From assembly GCF_058153355.1 (NCBI RefSeq), contig NZ_CM177019.1: a DNA stretch of 64,000 nt; one strand, 5' to 3'. Under the pieces are notes generated by a model. That model searched no databases. It had not been told where the DNA came from and saw nothing but the letters and a program-made list of their open reading frames with translations. Of the stretch, positions 12,081 through 23,213 are shown piece after piece. The position numbers and the translations under genes are program-made. Position 1 is the first letter of the stretch, and every line of letters begins with the position of its first letter.

Positions 12081-13457
12081 TTATTTCCGACGCAGCGTTT
12101 TAAACGCCACAAACAGGAATACAATCCACACTGGCAGCAAAATCGCTGACAAGCGCATATCATCCAACGTGCACATCAGCAGCAAAATCATGCCGAGGAA
12201 GGCAATGCAGAGATAATTGCCGAATGGATAAAGCAGCGCTTTAAACTGTGTTTCACGCCCCTGACGTCGCATCGCCGCGCGAAAACGCAGATGCGCCAGA
12301 CAGATCATAATCCAGTTCAACAGCAACGTTGCCACCACCAGCGCCATCAGCAGACCAAACGCTTTTTGCGGCAGCAGATAGTTAATCAGCACCACCAGAG
12401 AAGTGATCGCCCCGGAAAGCATCAGCGAGTTGATCGGCACACCGCGATGGCTAACGCGGGTAAGAAACTTCGGCGCATTACCCTGCACAGAAAGGCCAAA
12501 CAGCATGCGGCTGTTGGAGTAAACCCCACTGTTATAGACCGACAACGATGCCACCAGAATGACGAAATTCAGCGCAGAAGCCACCACATTGCTGTCGAGA
12601 TTATGGAAAATCATCACAAACGGGCTACTGTTAGATTTCACTTCCACCCACGGATAGAGCGCCAGTAAAACCACCAGTGAACCGATATAAAACAGCAGGA
12701 TGCGATAAACCACCTGATTTACCGCTTTTGGAATACTTTTTTCCGGATCGCGCGCTTCAGCCGCAGTAATCCCAATCAGTTCCAGCCCGCCGAAGGAAAA
12801 CATGATCACCGCCAAGGACAAAATCAGCCCATTCCAGCCCGTGGCGAAGAAACCACCATAGCGCCAAAGGTTGTCGATACTGGCTTTCTCACCGCCGTGA
12901 CCAGAAAACAGCAGCCACAGGCCAAAGCCGATCATGCCGATAATTGCCAGCACTTTAATCAGCGCAAACCAGAACTCAGTTTCGCCATATAAGCGCACGT
13001 TCACCAGGTTAACAGCGTTGATGATAATAAAGAAGGCGGCAGCCCAGATCCAGGTGGGAACATCCGGGAACCAGTACTGCATATAGATGCCCGCAGCGGT
13101 CAGCTCAGCCATCCCCACCAGTACGAACATCACCCAGTAGTTCCAGCCTGAGAGGAAGCCCGCAAACGGTCCCCAGTATTTATAGGCAAAGTGGGCAAAC
13201 GAACCGGATACCGGCTCCTCAACCACCATCTCGCCAAGCTGGCGCATAATCAGGAAAGCAATGATCCCGGCGACGCCGTAGCCCAACAAGACAGCCGGAC
13301 CTGCCATCTGAATCGCCGGGCCAATGCCAAGAAACAGACCAGTACCAATAGCGCCACCCAGCGCAATCAGTTGAATATGACGGTTATGTAATCCGCGATG
13401 AAGCGTCGGCTCTTTATTCGACGCAGTATCTTCCGATACGGTTGACGCGTTTTTCAC
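12081..13457 (-). CDS. pheP: Phenylalanine-specific permease PheP, 458 aa (GTG start)
   Basis: ORF track 12081..13493; GTG at 13457 gives (M)KNASTVSEDTASNKEPTLHRGLHNRHIQLIALGG, matching PheP; APC-family permease. Confidence 0.93.
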   Translation of the reverse strand: MKNASTVSEDTASNKEPTLHRGLHNRHIQLIALGGAIGTGLFLGIGPAIQMAGPAVLLGYGVAGIIAFLIMRQLGEMVVEEPVSGSFAHFAYKYWGPFAGFLSGWNYWVMFVLVGMAELTAAGIYMQYWFPDVPTWIWAAAFFIIINAVNLVNVRLYGETEFWFALIKVLAIIGMIGFGLWLLFSGHGGEKASIDNLWRYGGFFATGWNGLILSLAVIMFSFGGLELIGITAAEARDPEKSIPKAVNQVVYRILLFYIGSLVVLLALYPWVEVKSNSSPFVMIFHNLDSNVVASALNFVILVASLSVYNSGVYSNSRMLFGLSVQGNAPKFLTRVSHRGVPINSLMLSGAITSLVVLINYLLPQKAFGLLMALVVATLLLNWIMICLAHLRFRAAMRRQGRETQFKALLYPFGNYLCIAFLGMILLLMCTLDDMRLSAILLPVWIVFLFVAFKTLRRK

Positions 13458-13558
13458 GCCTTTCCCCTGTGTGTCTTTTTTGTTGAGGGGCACCTTTTAA
13501 CATTTAGTGCCCATCGTCGCAAGACACAATCCACACGGTTAAACCGGGTATCTTGCTT

Positions 13559-16500
13559 TTATTTCCGTACCCGGTGTCGGTGCAGCCACATCAGCTTATA
13601 CGCCGCCGGAATAATAAACAGCGACAGCAAAGGTGCGGTGATCATGCCGCCAATCATCGGCGCGGCAATCCGGCTCATCACCTCTGAACCTGCCCCCGTT
13701 CCCCACAAAATCGGCAGCAGACCCGCGATAATCACCGCCACCGTCATCGCTTTCGGGCGCACGCGCAGTACCGCGCCGTGATATAACGCTTCATCCAGCT
13801 TCTGCTCGCTGAATGTTTGCGGATTATCCAGGGATGGATCTGCCTCTATGGCGTGACGTAAATACATCAGCATCACCACGCCAAATTCGGCGGCGACTCC
13901 CGCGAGGGCGATAAAGCCAGTGCCCGTTGCCACGGAAAGATGAAAATCCATCCACCACAGCAACCAGATACCACCCACCAGCGCAAACGGTACGCTGCTG
14001 ATAATCAGTAACGCTTCACCCACGCGACGGAACGCCAGATACAACAGCACGAAGATGATCATCAGCGTCATCGGCACCATGAGTTTCAACTTATGGTTGG
14101 CGCGCTCCAGTAGCTCGAACTGCCCGGAGAATGCCACGCTGGTGCCCGGTTTTAACTGCACTTTCCCGGCAATCGCTTTTTGCAGATCGTGAACCACCGA
14201 CACCATGTCACGATCGCGGGCGTCGATATAAATCCAGCTCGTCGGGCGCGCATTCTCGGTTTTCAGCATCGACGGTCCAATGGAGACTTTAACGTCGGCC
14301 ACATCCGCCAGGGTGATTTGCTGCTTCATCGGCGTCAGGATCGGTAGCTGGCGCAGCGCCTGCAGGCTGTCGCGCCAGCTTTGCGAATAACGCAGATTAA
14401 TTGGATAACGGGCAATCCCTTCCACCGTTTCGCCAACCATCGCCCCGCCCACCGCAGAAGTCACAAACAACTGCACATCCGCCACCGTCATACCGTAACG
14501 CGCGGCTTTTTCACGGTTAATCTCAACGTTGATATAGCGCCCACCTTCCAGACGCTCAGCAAGAGCAGAAGCCACGCCTGGCACCGTTCGCGCCACTTCT
14601 TCAATTTGCTCCGCCATCGCGTCGATATCCGCCAGCACAGTGCCGGAAACTTTAATGCCGATGGGGCTTTTAATGCCGGTTGAGAGCATATCGATACGGT
14701 TACGAATTGGCGGCACCCACAGATTTGCCAGCCCCGGCAGACGCACGGTGTTGTCCAGTTCCTCAATGATTTTGTCCATCGTCATGCCTGGCCGCCACTG
14801 ATCCTGTGGCTTAAGCTGGATGGTCGTTTCTACCATCTCCAGCGGTGCGGAGTCGGTGGCGGTTTCCGCTTTCCCGGTTTTGCCAAACACCCGCGCCACT
14901 TCCGGCACGCTCATAATCAGCTTGTCGGTTTTTTGCAGCATACTCGCCGCCTCTGCTGCGGAAATCCCCGGCAGCGTCGATGGCATATACAACAAGTCGC
15001 CTTCATTGATCTGCGGTAAAAATTCCCCGCCAACTTTATTGAGCGGCCAGAGAACCGTCAGCACCGAAAGCGCTGCCACCAGCAGCGTGGTTTTCGGCCA
15101 GTGTAGTACTTTCAGCAACAGCGGATGATAAACACGAATCAAAAAGCGATTGAGCGGGTTACTGCTTTCTGGCGGAATTTTGCCACGGATCCAGTAGCCC
15201 ATCAGGATCGGGATCACTACGATCGCCAGCAGCGCCGCGCCCGCCATCGCATACGTTTTGGTGAACGCCAGCGGGCCAAACAGACGCCCTTCCTGTCCTT
15301 CCAGAGTAAAGATCGGGATAAACGACAACGTGATAATCAGCAAGCTGATAAACAGCGCCGGCCCCACTTCAACAGATGCATCGGTGATCACCTGCCAGCG
15401 CGTTTTATTATCCAGCGTGGCGTCAGGATGCTGGTGCTGCCACTCTTCCAGCCGTTTATGCGCATTCTCGATCATGACGATAGCGGCATCGACCATCGCC
15501 CCGACGGCAATCGCAATACCGCCCAGCGACATAATATTGGCATTCAGCCCCTGGAAGTGCATGATAATAAAAGCAATACACAACCCCAGCGGCAACGAAA
15601 TAATCGCCACCAGTGCCGAGCGCACATGCCAGAGAAACAGCGCGCAGACCATCGCCACCACAATAAACTCTTCCAGCAACTTGCCGCTGAGGTTGTCGAT
15701 GGCGCGGTCAATAAGCTGGCTGCGATCGTATGTTGTAACTATCTCTACGCCTTCCGGCAGACTGCTTTTCAGCGTTTCCAGTTTGTCCTTCACGGCGGCG
15801 ATCACTTCACGGGCGTTTTTGCCGGAACGCAGGATCACCACCCCGCCCGCCACTTCGCCTTCGCCGTTCAGTTCGGCAATGCCCCGGCGCATCTCCGGGC
15901 CAACCTGGACCTTCGCAACATCACGCAGATAAACGGGTACACCATTTTCACTGGCTTTTAAAACGATGTGATTGAAGTCGTCGAGCGTTTGCAGATAGCC
16001 GCTGGCGCGCACCATATATTCCGCTTCCGCCAGTTCGATCGACGAACCGCCCGCTTCCTGGTTTGAAGCATCCAGCGCGCTTTTTACTTCGGCGAGACTG
16101 ATGCCATATTGCGCCAGGCGCTGTGGATCGATAACCACCTGATACTCTTTCACCACACCGCCCACCGACGCCACTTCCGCAACGTCAGGGATGGTTTTTA
16201 GCTCATATTTGAGAAACCAGTCCTGCAATGAGCGTAAATCGGCCAGATCGTGCTTACCGCTGCGATCCACCAGTGCATATTCATAGATCCAGCCAACACC
16301 CGTGGCATCTGGCCCCAACTCGGCGCTGACTCCCGCAGGCAGCTTACCCTGTACCTGGTTGAGGTACTCCAGCACCCGCGAGCGCGCCCAGTACGGATCG
16401 GTGCCATCTTCGAAAATGACATACACATAAGAGTCGCCAAACTGCGAGAAACCGCGCACAGTCTTCGCGCCAGGTACTGACAACATGGTGGTGGTTAGCG

Positions 16501-16702
16501 GATAAGTCACCTGATTTTCAACGATTTGCGGTGCCTGACCGGGATAGCTGGTTTTAATAATCACCTGCACATCGGAGAGATCCGGCAGCGCATCCACTGG
16601 CGTGTTAATGATAGTCCAGGTGCCCCAGATACTCAGAAACAACGCGCCCATCAGCACCAGAAAACGGTTCGCCACCGAGCGACGAATAATCCATTCAATC
16701 AT
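13559..16702 (-). CDS. cusA: RND-family Cu(I)/Ag(I) efflux pump inner-membrane transporter CusA, 1047 aa
   Basis: 1047-aa ORF starting [29 protein letters not shown]; heavy-metal RND transporter; last gene of cusCFBA. Confidence 0.96.
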   Translation of the reverse strand: MIEWIIRRSVANRFLVLMGALFLSIWGTWTIINTPVDALPDLSDVQVIIKTSYPGQAPQIVENQVTYPLTTTMLSVPGAKTVRGFSQFGDSYVYVIFEDGTDPYWARSRVLEYLNQVQGKLPAGVSAELGPDATGVGWIYEYALVDRSGKHDLADLRSLQDWFLKYELKTIPDVAEVASVGGVVKEYQVVIDPQRLAQYGISLAEVKSALDASNQEAGGSSIELAEAEYMVRASGYLQTLDDFNHIVLKASENGVPVYLRDVAKVQVGPEMRRGIAELNGEGEVAGGVVILRSGKNAREVIAAVKDKLETLKSSLPEGVEIVTTYDRSQLIDRAIDNLSGKLLEEFIVVAMVCALFLWHVRSALVAIISLPLGLCIAFIIMHFQGLNANIMSLGGIAIAVGAMVDAAIVMIENAHKRLEEWQHQHPDATLDNKTRWQVITDASVEVGPALFISLLIITLSFIPIFTLEGQEGRLFGPLAFTKTYAMAGAALLAIVVIPILMGYWIRGKIPPESSNPLNRFLIRVYHPLLLKVLHWPKTTLLVAALSVLTVLWPLNKVGGEFLPQINEGDLLYMPSTLPGISAAEAASMLQKTDKLIMSVPEVARVFGKTGKAETATDSAPLEMVETTIQLKPQDQWRPGMTMDKIIEELDNTVRLPGLANLWVPPIRNRIDMLSTGIKSPIGIKVSGTVLADIDAMAEQIEEVARTVPGVASALAERLEGGRYINVEINREKAARYGMTVADVQLFVTSAVGGAMVGETVEGIARYPINLRYSQSWRDSLQALRQLPILTPMKQQITLADVADVKVSIGPSMLKTENARPTSWIYIDARDRDMVSVVHDLQKAIAGKVQLKPGTSVAFSGQFELLERANHKLKLMVPMTLMIIFVLLYLAFRRVGEALLIISSVPFALVGGIWLLWWMDFHLSVATGTGFIALAGVAAEFGVVMLMYLRHAIEADPSLDNPQTFSEQKLDEALYHGAVLRVRPKAMTVAVIIAGLLPILWGTGAGSEVMSRIAAPMIGGMITAPLLSLFIIPAAYKLMWLHRHRVRK

Positions 16703-16713
16703 TGGTTATTCCC

Positions 16714-17937
16714 TCAATGCGCATGGGTAGCACTTTCAGAGCGCATCCGCTCCAGTGCGCCAGAAATATTGGCTTCAGAATCAATCAGGAACAGGCCGCT
16801 GGAAACCACCTTTTCACCTTCCGCCAGACCAGAACGTAGCGCGGTGACGCCTTGCGACGCCTGGAAAACAGCAACGCGTTTCGGTACAAAGCGCCCGTCG
16901 GCATCAACGGTAATCACCCGCTGTTCGTTACCAGTATCAATCAGTGCCTGTGACGGAATGAGCAGCATCGGTTCGCTGGCGGTGTTGAGTTGCAACCAGG
17001 CGTTCATTCCCGGTTTTAGCGCCTCGTCGGCGTTGTCGACTTCCAGACGCAGTTGCAGCGTGCGGGTCGCGGCATCCACGCCGGGTAGAAGGGTCCATTT
17101 GCGGATGCTGAGCGTTTTATCCGGTCGCGCCGGAACGGTGAGCGTAAACTGCGAGGCATCTTTCACCAGCCAGGCGATGGACTCCGGGATCGCAGCAGTG
17201 ACCCACACCGGGTCCATACCCTGAATTTTCGCGACCACATTATCTTTGGCGATATTCATTCCCGCGCGCAGATCAAACGCGGTGATCACGCCATCAATGG
17301 GCGCTTTGAGCGTAAAGCGAGTCTGGATTTTTTGCGTGGTAATCAGGCGGCGAATATCGGCCTCCGGCATTCCCGCCAGCCGCAGGCGTTCAAGAATGCC
17401 TTCAGTCTGGGTCGCCGTCCCGCCGGTTTCGCGCAGCAGTAAATACTCACTCTGCGCTTCCACCCAGTCGGGAATGGTCAGGTCGAGAAGCGGTGTGCCC
17501 TTTTGCACTTTATCGCCCACGGTGAGCGGATACACCTTGTCGATAAACCCGGCGGCGCGGGCCTGCACAATGGCAAACTGATACTCGTTGTAACTCACAT
17601 TCGCCGGGAAACTCTGGGCAAAAGTCAGCGGCCCGCGCGTGACGGTCGCCGTTTTCACCCCCAGATTTTGCGTCTGGGTCGGGTCAATGCGCACACCAGA
17701 CACAGAACTCTCTTCATCGGCATATTTCGGCACCAGATCCATATCCATAAACGGCGATTTACCTGGTTTATCGAACCGCGTATTGGGATACATTGGATCG
17801 TACCAGAATAAGACTTTACGTTCTGCGGTCGACGTTTTTTCTGCGGGCGGTTCAGCCTTTGCAAACCAGGTAAAACCTGCCGCAGAAATAATACCGCCCG
17901 CGATCATGCTGCCGATAATAAGCGCGATTTTTTTCAT
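16714..17937 (-). CDS. cusB: Cu(I)/Ag(I) efflux membrane fusion protein CusB, 407 aa
   Basis: 407-aa ORF MKKIALIIGSMIAGGIISAAGFTWF; 11-nt gap to cusA; synteny. Confidence 0.95.
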   Translation of the reverse strand: MKKIALIIGSMIAGGIISAAGFTWFAKAEPPAEKTSTAERKVLFWYDPMYPNTRFDKPGKSPFMDMDLVPKYADEESSVSGVRIDPTQTQNLGVKTATVTRGPLTFAQSFPANVSYNEYQFAIVQARAAGFIDKVYPLTVGDKVQKGTPLLDLTIPDWVEAQSEYLLLRETGGTATQTEGILERLRLAGMPEADIRRLITTQKIQTRFTLKAPIDGVITAFDLRAGMNIAKDNVVAKIQGMDPVWVTAAIPESIAWLVKDASQFTLTVPARPDKTLSIRKWTLLPGVDAATRTLQLRLEVDNADEALKPGMNAWLQLNTASEPMLLIPSQALIDTGNEQRVITVDADGRFVPKRVAVFQASQGVTALRSGLAEGEKVVSSGLFLIDSEANISGALERMRSESATHAH

Positions 17938-17952
17938 CTCATTAAACCTGGG

Positions 17953-18285
17953 TTACTGGCTGACTTTAATATCCTGTAATAAAGAAAGGTTGCCCTGCTG
18001 GACAAAATTAAACGCTACTTTGTCGCCAGTTTTAATTTCACTCATTTTCGTCTGCGGGGTGATGGTAAAGCGCATGGTCATCTCCGGCCAGTTCACTGCG
18101 GCAATCGGATCGTGGTGGATGGTGATTTTTTTGCTTTCCAGATCAACACCTTTTACCACACCGGTGGCGCTAATAACCTGTGGTTGTGCTTCGCTCATGG
18201 TTTCATGGTGATGTTCGTTAGCCTGGGCATTAAAGCCAATAACAGTAAACAGACTGAACATTACGACTTGCAGTGCTTTTTTCAT
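17953..18285 (-). CDS. cusF: Periplasmic copper/silver chaperone CusF, 110 aa
   Basis: 110-aa ORF with signal peptide MKKALQVVMFSLFTVIGFNAQA and metal-binding H/M/W residues. Confidence 0.93.
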   Translation of the reverse strand: MKKALQVVMFSLFTVIGFNAQANEHHHETMSEAQPQVISATGVVKGVDLESKKITIHHDPIAAVNWPEMTMRFTITPQTKMSEIKTGDKVAFNFVQQGNLSLLQDIKVSQ

Positions 18286-18307
18286 TATTCTCTCCTGGAG
18301 TTAAAAT

Positions 18308-19690
18308 TTATTGCTGCCAACCGCCACCCAGGGCGGTATATAAGGAAACTTCGTTAACCTGACGGGCATAATTCAGGTCGAGTAAAATTTGTCGGGTTGC
18401 AAATAAGGAACGCTCGGCATCCAGCACTTCCAGATAACTTACCGCGCCGTGCTGATATAATGCCCGCGCCCGTTGCAAAGTAATTTGCAGCGACGCCAGA
18501 TAACGCTGCTGGGCGCTGATTTGATCGTTCAGGCTTTGACGTAATGCAAGCGCATCTGCCACTTCTTTAAAGGCGTTCTGAATTTTCTGTTCATAATTCA
18601 CCACCGACTGCTGCTGGCGAATTTCGGCGATATCCAGATTGGCCTGGTTGCGTCCAGAATTAAAAATGGGGATCTCAATTTTGGGAATAAAATTCCACAT
18701 CCCGCTGCTGGCGTTAAATAATGATGACAGATCGCTGCTGGCGGTTGATATTCCACTGGTCAGGCTTATAGACGGGAAAAATGCCGCACGCGCAGCACCA
18801 ATATTGGCATTGGCCGCCATTAACGCGTGTTCAGCTTCCATAATATCCGGGCGCTGCAATAAGATTTGCGACGACAAGCCCGCCGGTAATTTAACGCTTT
18901 GCAGGCTGTCGCTGTTTACTGTCTGCGCTTGCGGCAGCTTGCCGTAGTTTCCCAATAACAGTTGCAATGCATTATTCGCCTGCGCCAGTTCCCCCTGACG
19001 TTTAGCGATATCACTGCGGGTACTTTCTATCACCCCGCGAGCCTGTTCCAGCGCCAGAACATTGCTGCTACCGGTCAACAGTTGTTTTTCAACAAACGCA
19101 TATGACTGCTGATAATTACGCAGCGTTTCTTCGGCTATTTGTAATTGCGCATAAGCCAGTTGCTGATTGAAATAGCTTTGCGCGACATTAGAAACCAGCA
19201 GAATATGCACCGCGCGCTGAGCTTCCTCAGTGGCTAAATAATTTTGTCGCTCGGCTTCGCTCATGTTCTTTAAGCGACCGAAAAAATCGAGATCAAAGCT
19301 GGCGTTAAGGCCAGTCGAGAACTCCCGCGTCGTGGCTGAATCGCCTTTAAGATTGCCGCTCCAGCTGCCGCTACCCTCGCCATTGAGCTGCGGGTAGCGG
19401 TCGGCATCGGTCAGACGATATTGCGCCCGTGCCTCCTGCACTTTCAGCGTCGCCATGCGCAAATCCCGATTATTCACCAGCGCCTCGCTAATCAGCGTCT
19501 TCACCTGATTATCAACAAAAAAGGTGCGCCAGCCCGCGTTCTGGTAGTTATCTACTGCGTTAACCAGGCCGTTCTGGCTGAGTGAGAACTGCTGCGGCAC
19601 GGGCATTGCCGGACGCTGATAATCCGGTGCCAGTGAACAACCGGTTAGCGCAAGGGCCACACAAAATGGCAGAAGTTTACAAGGAGACAT
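18308..19690 (-). CDS. cusC: Outer-membrane efflux channel CusC (TolC-like lipoprotein)
   Basis: ORF track 18308..19696; MSPCKLLPFCVALALTGCSLAPDYQRP contains a lipobox (LTGC); start codon choice approximate. Confidence 0.93.
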   Translation of the reverse strand: MSPCKLLPFCVALALTGCSLAPDYQRPAMPVPQQFSLSQNGLVNAVDNYQNAGWRTFFVDNQVKTLISEALVNNRDLRMATLKVQEARAQYRLTDADRYPQLNGEGSGSWSGNLKGDSATTREFSTGLNASFDLDFFGRLKNMSEAERQNYLATEEAQRAVHILLVSNVAQSYFNQQLAYAQLQIAEETLRNYQQSYAFVEKQLLTGSSNVLALEQARGVIESTRSDIAKRQGELAQANNALQLLLGNYGKLPQAQTVNSDSLQSVKLPAGLSSQILLQRPDIMEAEHALMAANANIGAARAAFFPSISLTSGISTASSDLSSLFNASSGMWNFIPKIEIPIFNSGRNQANLDIAEIRQQQSVVNYEQKIQNAFKEVADALALRQSLNDQISAQQRYLASLQITLQRARALYQHGAVSYLEVLDAERSLFATRQILLDLNYARQVNEVSLYTALGGGWQQ

Positions 19691-19759
19691 AGGCACATAA
19701 TTTCTGGTGATTTTATGCCGCCAACTTTACACGCCAGGCTCTGATTTTCCGGTGACAGG

Positions 19760-19781
19760 AAAATGACAAAATTGTCATTTT
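19760..19781. promoter_or_regulatory. CusR box in the divergent cusC / cusR promoter region
   Basis: Perfect palindrome aaaatgacaaaattgtcatttt between cusC and cusR, matching the recalled CusR binding site. Confidence 0.75.
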
Positions 19782-19846
19782 ACCAATAAGCGATTGCCAT
19801 CTGATCCCGCTACTCTAGAATTGCCCGGGCAACATGTGGAGGAAAT

Positions 19847-20530
19847 ATGAAACTGTTGATTGTCGAAGATGAAAAGAAAACCGGAGAATACTTGACCAAA
19901 GGGTTAACCGAAGCCGGTTTTGTGGTCGATTTGGCCGACAACGGGCTGAATGGCTACCATCTGGCGATGACCGGAGATTATGACCTGATAATCCTCGATA
20001 TTATGCTGCCGGACGTGAACGGCTGGGATATCGTGCGCATGTTGCGCTCCGCCAATAAAGGGATGCCGATTCTGTTGCTTACCGCGCTTGGCACCATTGA
20101 ACATCGCGTCAAGGGGCTGGAGTTGGGGGCAGATGACTACCTGGTGAAACCGTTCGCTTTTGCTGAACTGCTGGCGCGGGTGCGGACTCTACTGCGTCGC
20201 GGGGCGGCGGTGATTATCGAAAGTCAGTTTCAGGTTGCCGATTTAATGGTTGATCTGGTCAGCCGCAAAGTCACCCGCAGCGGCACGCGCATCACTTTGA
20301 CCACAAAAGAATTTACCCTGCTGGAATTTTTCCTCCGCCATCAGGGCGAAGTGCTGCCCCGCTCGCTTATCGCCTCGCAGGTGTGGGACATGAATTTCGA
20401 CAGCGACACTAACGCCATTGATGTGGCGGTGAAGCGGCTGCGCGGCAAAATCGACAACGACTTTGAGCCAAAGCTAATTCAGACCGTGCGCGGCGTAGGC
20501 TATATGCTTGAGGTGCCGGATGGCCAGTAA
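19847..20530 (+). CDS. cusR: Copper-responsive two-component response regulator CusR (OmpR family), 227 aa
   Basis: 227-aa [28 protein letters not shown]; receiver plus winged-helix domains. Confidence 0.95.
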   Translation: MKLLIVEDEKKTGEYLTKGLTEAGFVVDLADNGLNGYHLAMTGDYDLIILDIMLPDVNGWDIVRMLRSANKGMPILLLTALGTIEHRVKGLELGADDYLVKPFAFAELLARVRTLLRRGAAVIIESQFQVADLMVDLVSRKVTRSGTRITLTTKEFTLLEFFLRHQGEVLPRSLIASQVWDMNFDSDTNAIDVAVKRLRGKIDNDFEPKLIQTVRGVGYMLEVPDGQ

Positions 20531-21968
20531 GCCGTTTCAGCGCCCGTTTTCGCTGGCAACCCGCCTGACCTTTTTTATCAGCCTTGCCACCATTGCAGCG
20601 TTTTTCGTCTTTGCCTGGATCATGATCCACTCGGTAAAAGTGCATTTTGCCGAGCAGGATATTAATGATTTAAAAGAGATTAGCGCCACATTCAGGCGTG
20701 TTCTTAATCATCCCGAAGAGACACAAGCCCGACGCTTAATGACGCTGGAAGATATCGTCAGTGGTTATTCCAACGTGTTGATTTCTCTGACAGATAGCCA
20801 CGGCAAAACGGTGTATCACTCCCCCGGTGCGCCGGATATCCGCGAGTTTGCACGTGATGCCATACCCGATAAAGACGCTCGGAGCGGCGAGGTATATCTC
20901 CTTTCCGGCCCAACAAAGATGATGCCAGGCCACGGTCACGGGCATATGGAACACAGCAACTGGCGGATGATTAGCTTGCCGGTTGGCCCGCAGGTGGATG
21001 GCAAACCGATTTATACGCTCTACATCGCGCTGTCTATCGATTTTCATCTTCATTACATTAATGATTTGATGAATAAACTTATTATGACCGCATCGATCAT
21101 CAGCATCCTGATCGTCTTTATCGTGCTGCTGGCGGTACATAAAGGCCACGCGCCAATTCGCAGCGTCAGCCGTCAAATCCAGAACATTACCTCGAAAGAT
21201 CTCGACGTTCGCCTCGATCCACAGACCGTGCCGATTGAGCTGGAACAACTGGTACTGTCGTTCAACCATATGATCGAGCGTATTGAAGATGTCTTTACCC
21301 GCCAGTCCAATTTCTCAGCGGATATCGCTCACGAAATTCGTACGCCGATTACGAATCTTATAACGCAAACGGAAATTGCCCTCAGCCAGTCGCGCAGCCA
21401 GAAGGAGCTGGAAGATGTGCTCTACTCTAATCTCGAAGAGCTGACGCGAATGGCGAAAATGGTCAGCGATATGCTGTTTCTCGCCCAGGCCGATAACAAC
21501 CAGTTAATCCCCGAAAAGAAAATGCTCAACCTGGCGGATGAAGTCGGCAAAGTGTTCGATTTTTTCGAGGCATTAGCGGAAGATCGTGGCGTGGTGCTGC
21601 GGTTTGTTGGCGACGAATGTCAGGTTGCGGGCGATCCGCTGATGCTGCGTCGGGCGTTAAACAACCTGCTTTCTAATGCCTTGCGTTATACGCCACCCGG
21701 AGAGGCAATTTTAGTGCGCTGCCAGACGGTCGATCACCTGGTGCAAGTTACCGTCGAAAACCCTGGTACGCCCATTGCGCCTGAGCACTTACCGCGATTG
21801 TTTGACCGTTTCTACCGCGTTGATCCTTCCCGCCAGCGAAAAGGTGAAGGTAGCGGCATTGGGCTGGCGATAGTGAAATCAATTGTTGTCGCGCATAAAG
21901 GCACGGTTGCGGTAACGTCAGATGCGCGGGGGACAAGGTTTGTTATCGGGCTACCGGAGAGGGAGTGA
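20520..21968 (+). CDS. cusS: Copper/silver sensor histidine kinase CusS
   Basis: ORF track 20508..21968; ATG at 20520 gives [29 protein letters not shown]-box [11 protein letters not shown]; overlaps cusR end by 11 nt. Confidence 0.93.
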   Translation: MASKPFQRPFSLATRLTFFISLATIAAFFVFAWIMIHSVKVHFAEQDINDLKEISATFRRVLNHPEETQARRLMTLEDIVSGYSNVLISLTDSHGKTVYHSPGAPDIREFARDAIPDKDARSGEVYLLSGPTKMMPGHGHGHMEHSNWRMISLPVGPQVDGKPIYTLYIALSIDFHLHYINDLMNKLIMTASIISILIVFIVLLAVHKGHAPIRSVSRQIQNITSKDLDVRLDPQTVPIELEQLVLSFNHMIERIEDVFTRQSNFSADIAHEIRTPITNLITQTEIALSQSRSQKELEDVLYSNLEELTRMAKMVSDMLFLAQADNNQLIPEKKMLNLADEVGKVFDFFEALAEDRGVVLRFVGDECQVAGDPLMLRRALNNLLSNALRYTPPGEAILVRCQTVDHLVQVTVENPGTPIAPEHLPRLFDRFYRVDPSRQRKGEGSGIGLAIVKSIVVAHKGTVAVTSDARGTRFVIGLPERE

Positions 21969-22325
21969 TTGGTCAGATAATGCAGTGGATGTTAATTGAA
22001 TTGAGAATTAGCTATTTCGTCACGAGAAAAAGCGTAAAATCCGTTTCGTGCAGATGGTGAGTTTTATCAGGGTATGGCGGTAGCGCAACTGTCTTTGGAT
22101 AATATATGTGATATGAATACATACCCCTAACAACTTCACTAACTAAATACTTAGTTTAGTTATATTAATTTGCATAATACAAACTCATCACCACGATATG
22201 TCATATATTTATAGTCAGCAATCTGGATATATTATTATATAAATGCCATATGGAAATAAAAATTATTATTTAATTCAATATGTAAATTTTACTCTTAACT
22301 ATTTTCGCAGGATAAACCAGCCTCT

Positions 22326-22772
22326 ATGAATATGACTAAAAAAGAAGCATTAGCATTCCTTGCTCTAAATCAACCTATGCCTAATGATTATGACATCACT
22401 CAGGAACTTATCGATAAATATGACGACGTAAGACTTTATTTTTGTGCAAATCCTGCTGAAGAGGCCATACCGTTATTTTTACAATCCTTTGGGGAAGGTG
22501 ATGGCTTAGGAGTATATCAGTTGGTCGAAGATTTTTTGTACAAGTGTGATAAAAACATTGTAGCTTCAAATATAGCCAACATACTGGAAAATCCTCTGAC
22601 AATAAAAAGTGTCCGATATTGGTGTACATTATTAGCAATGGCTTTTCCCGATAACACCTTAATTAAAGGATTAAATATTTCTCTACAATCTGATGATGAA
22701 GATACCCGAGACATGGCTATGTTAAGTTTAAAGATGATTACAGAGGAATATAAAACATTTGAATTCCAATAA
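22326..22772 (+). CDS. Hypothetical acidic 148-aa protein in an AT-rich islet between cusS and nfrB; no family assignable from sequence alone
   Basis: Uninterrupted 148-aa ORF (MNMTKKEALAFLALNQPMPNDYDITQELIDKYDD...) in a ~1.2 kb stretch of about 30-35% GC; helical/acidic composition; no obvious Shine-Dalgarno sequence, so coding status is uncertain. Confidence 0.45.
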   Translation: MNMTKKEALAFLALNQPMPNDYDITQELIDKYDDVRLYFCANPAEEAIPLFLQSFGEGDGLGVYQLVEDFLYKCDKNIVASNIANILENPLTIKSVRYWCTLLAMAFPDNTLIKGLNISLQSDDEDTRDMAMLSLKMITEEYKTFEFQ

Positions 22773-23213
22773 TTCCCCCTTGCATAAAAGATCACCATCA
22801 TGACAAAAACACAAGCAAAGTTGCTTATTTATAAAGCATTTGTTATTTTAACGTTCATTATTTCCCGGTTGAATATTAAACTTAATTAATCTAAAGAGAA
22901 ATGAAGTTAGCCTTCCTGTACCCACAGCAACGCCGTCTTTTTGTTCAGCACGGGGAAAATGTTCTCCCCTGCTCACCTCCTCCAGGCACTTCCACAACAT
23001 GATGACCTGATCGGTTGCCGCCTATCCTCCTCACTAAGACCTTCACCTCCGCGCTTTTGCCTACATCCTGCACAATCGGCAACTTTTATAACCAGTGTAA
23101 AAATAACGTGCCGCAATAATCCTACCTATTAATGATAAAAAGCTGTCACAATTCATAAAAAACTTTAATATACGCCACCCTAAACATAACCAGCGTTAAT
23201 GTAAGGTTTTTGT

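Noticed and set aside
12066-12092. Partial REP-like sequence gatgtagcgtgaacgccttatttccgac just upstream of the pheP stop
   Set aside because: Single degenerate half-element partly overlapping the pheP 3-prime end; too short and divergent to call a REP with confidence.
15125-15961. Plus-strand ORFs of 278 aa and 224 aa antisense to cusA
   Set aside because: Entirely embedded in the well-supported cusA gene on the opposite strand; Arg/Gln/His-rich low-complexity translation typical of antisense frames.
22408-22801. Minus-strand ORFs of 76 aa and 94 aa overlapping the 148-aa islet ORF
   Set aside because: Overlap each other and the longer plus-strand ORF; in AT-rich DNA short ORFs arise by chance. 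The 148-aa plus-strand frame is the only one with protein-like composition.
22941-23132. 63-aa ORF upstream of nfrB
   Set aside because: Lies in the likely nfrB promoter and leader region, Pro/Ser/Arg-rich with no ribosome-binding site; more likely non-coding regulatory DNA.
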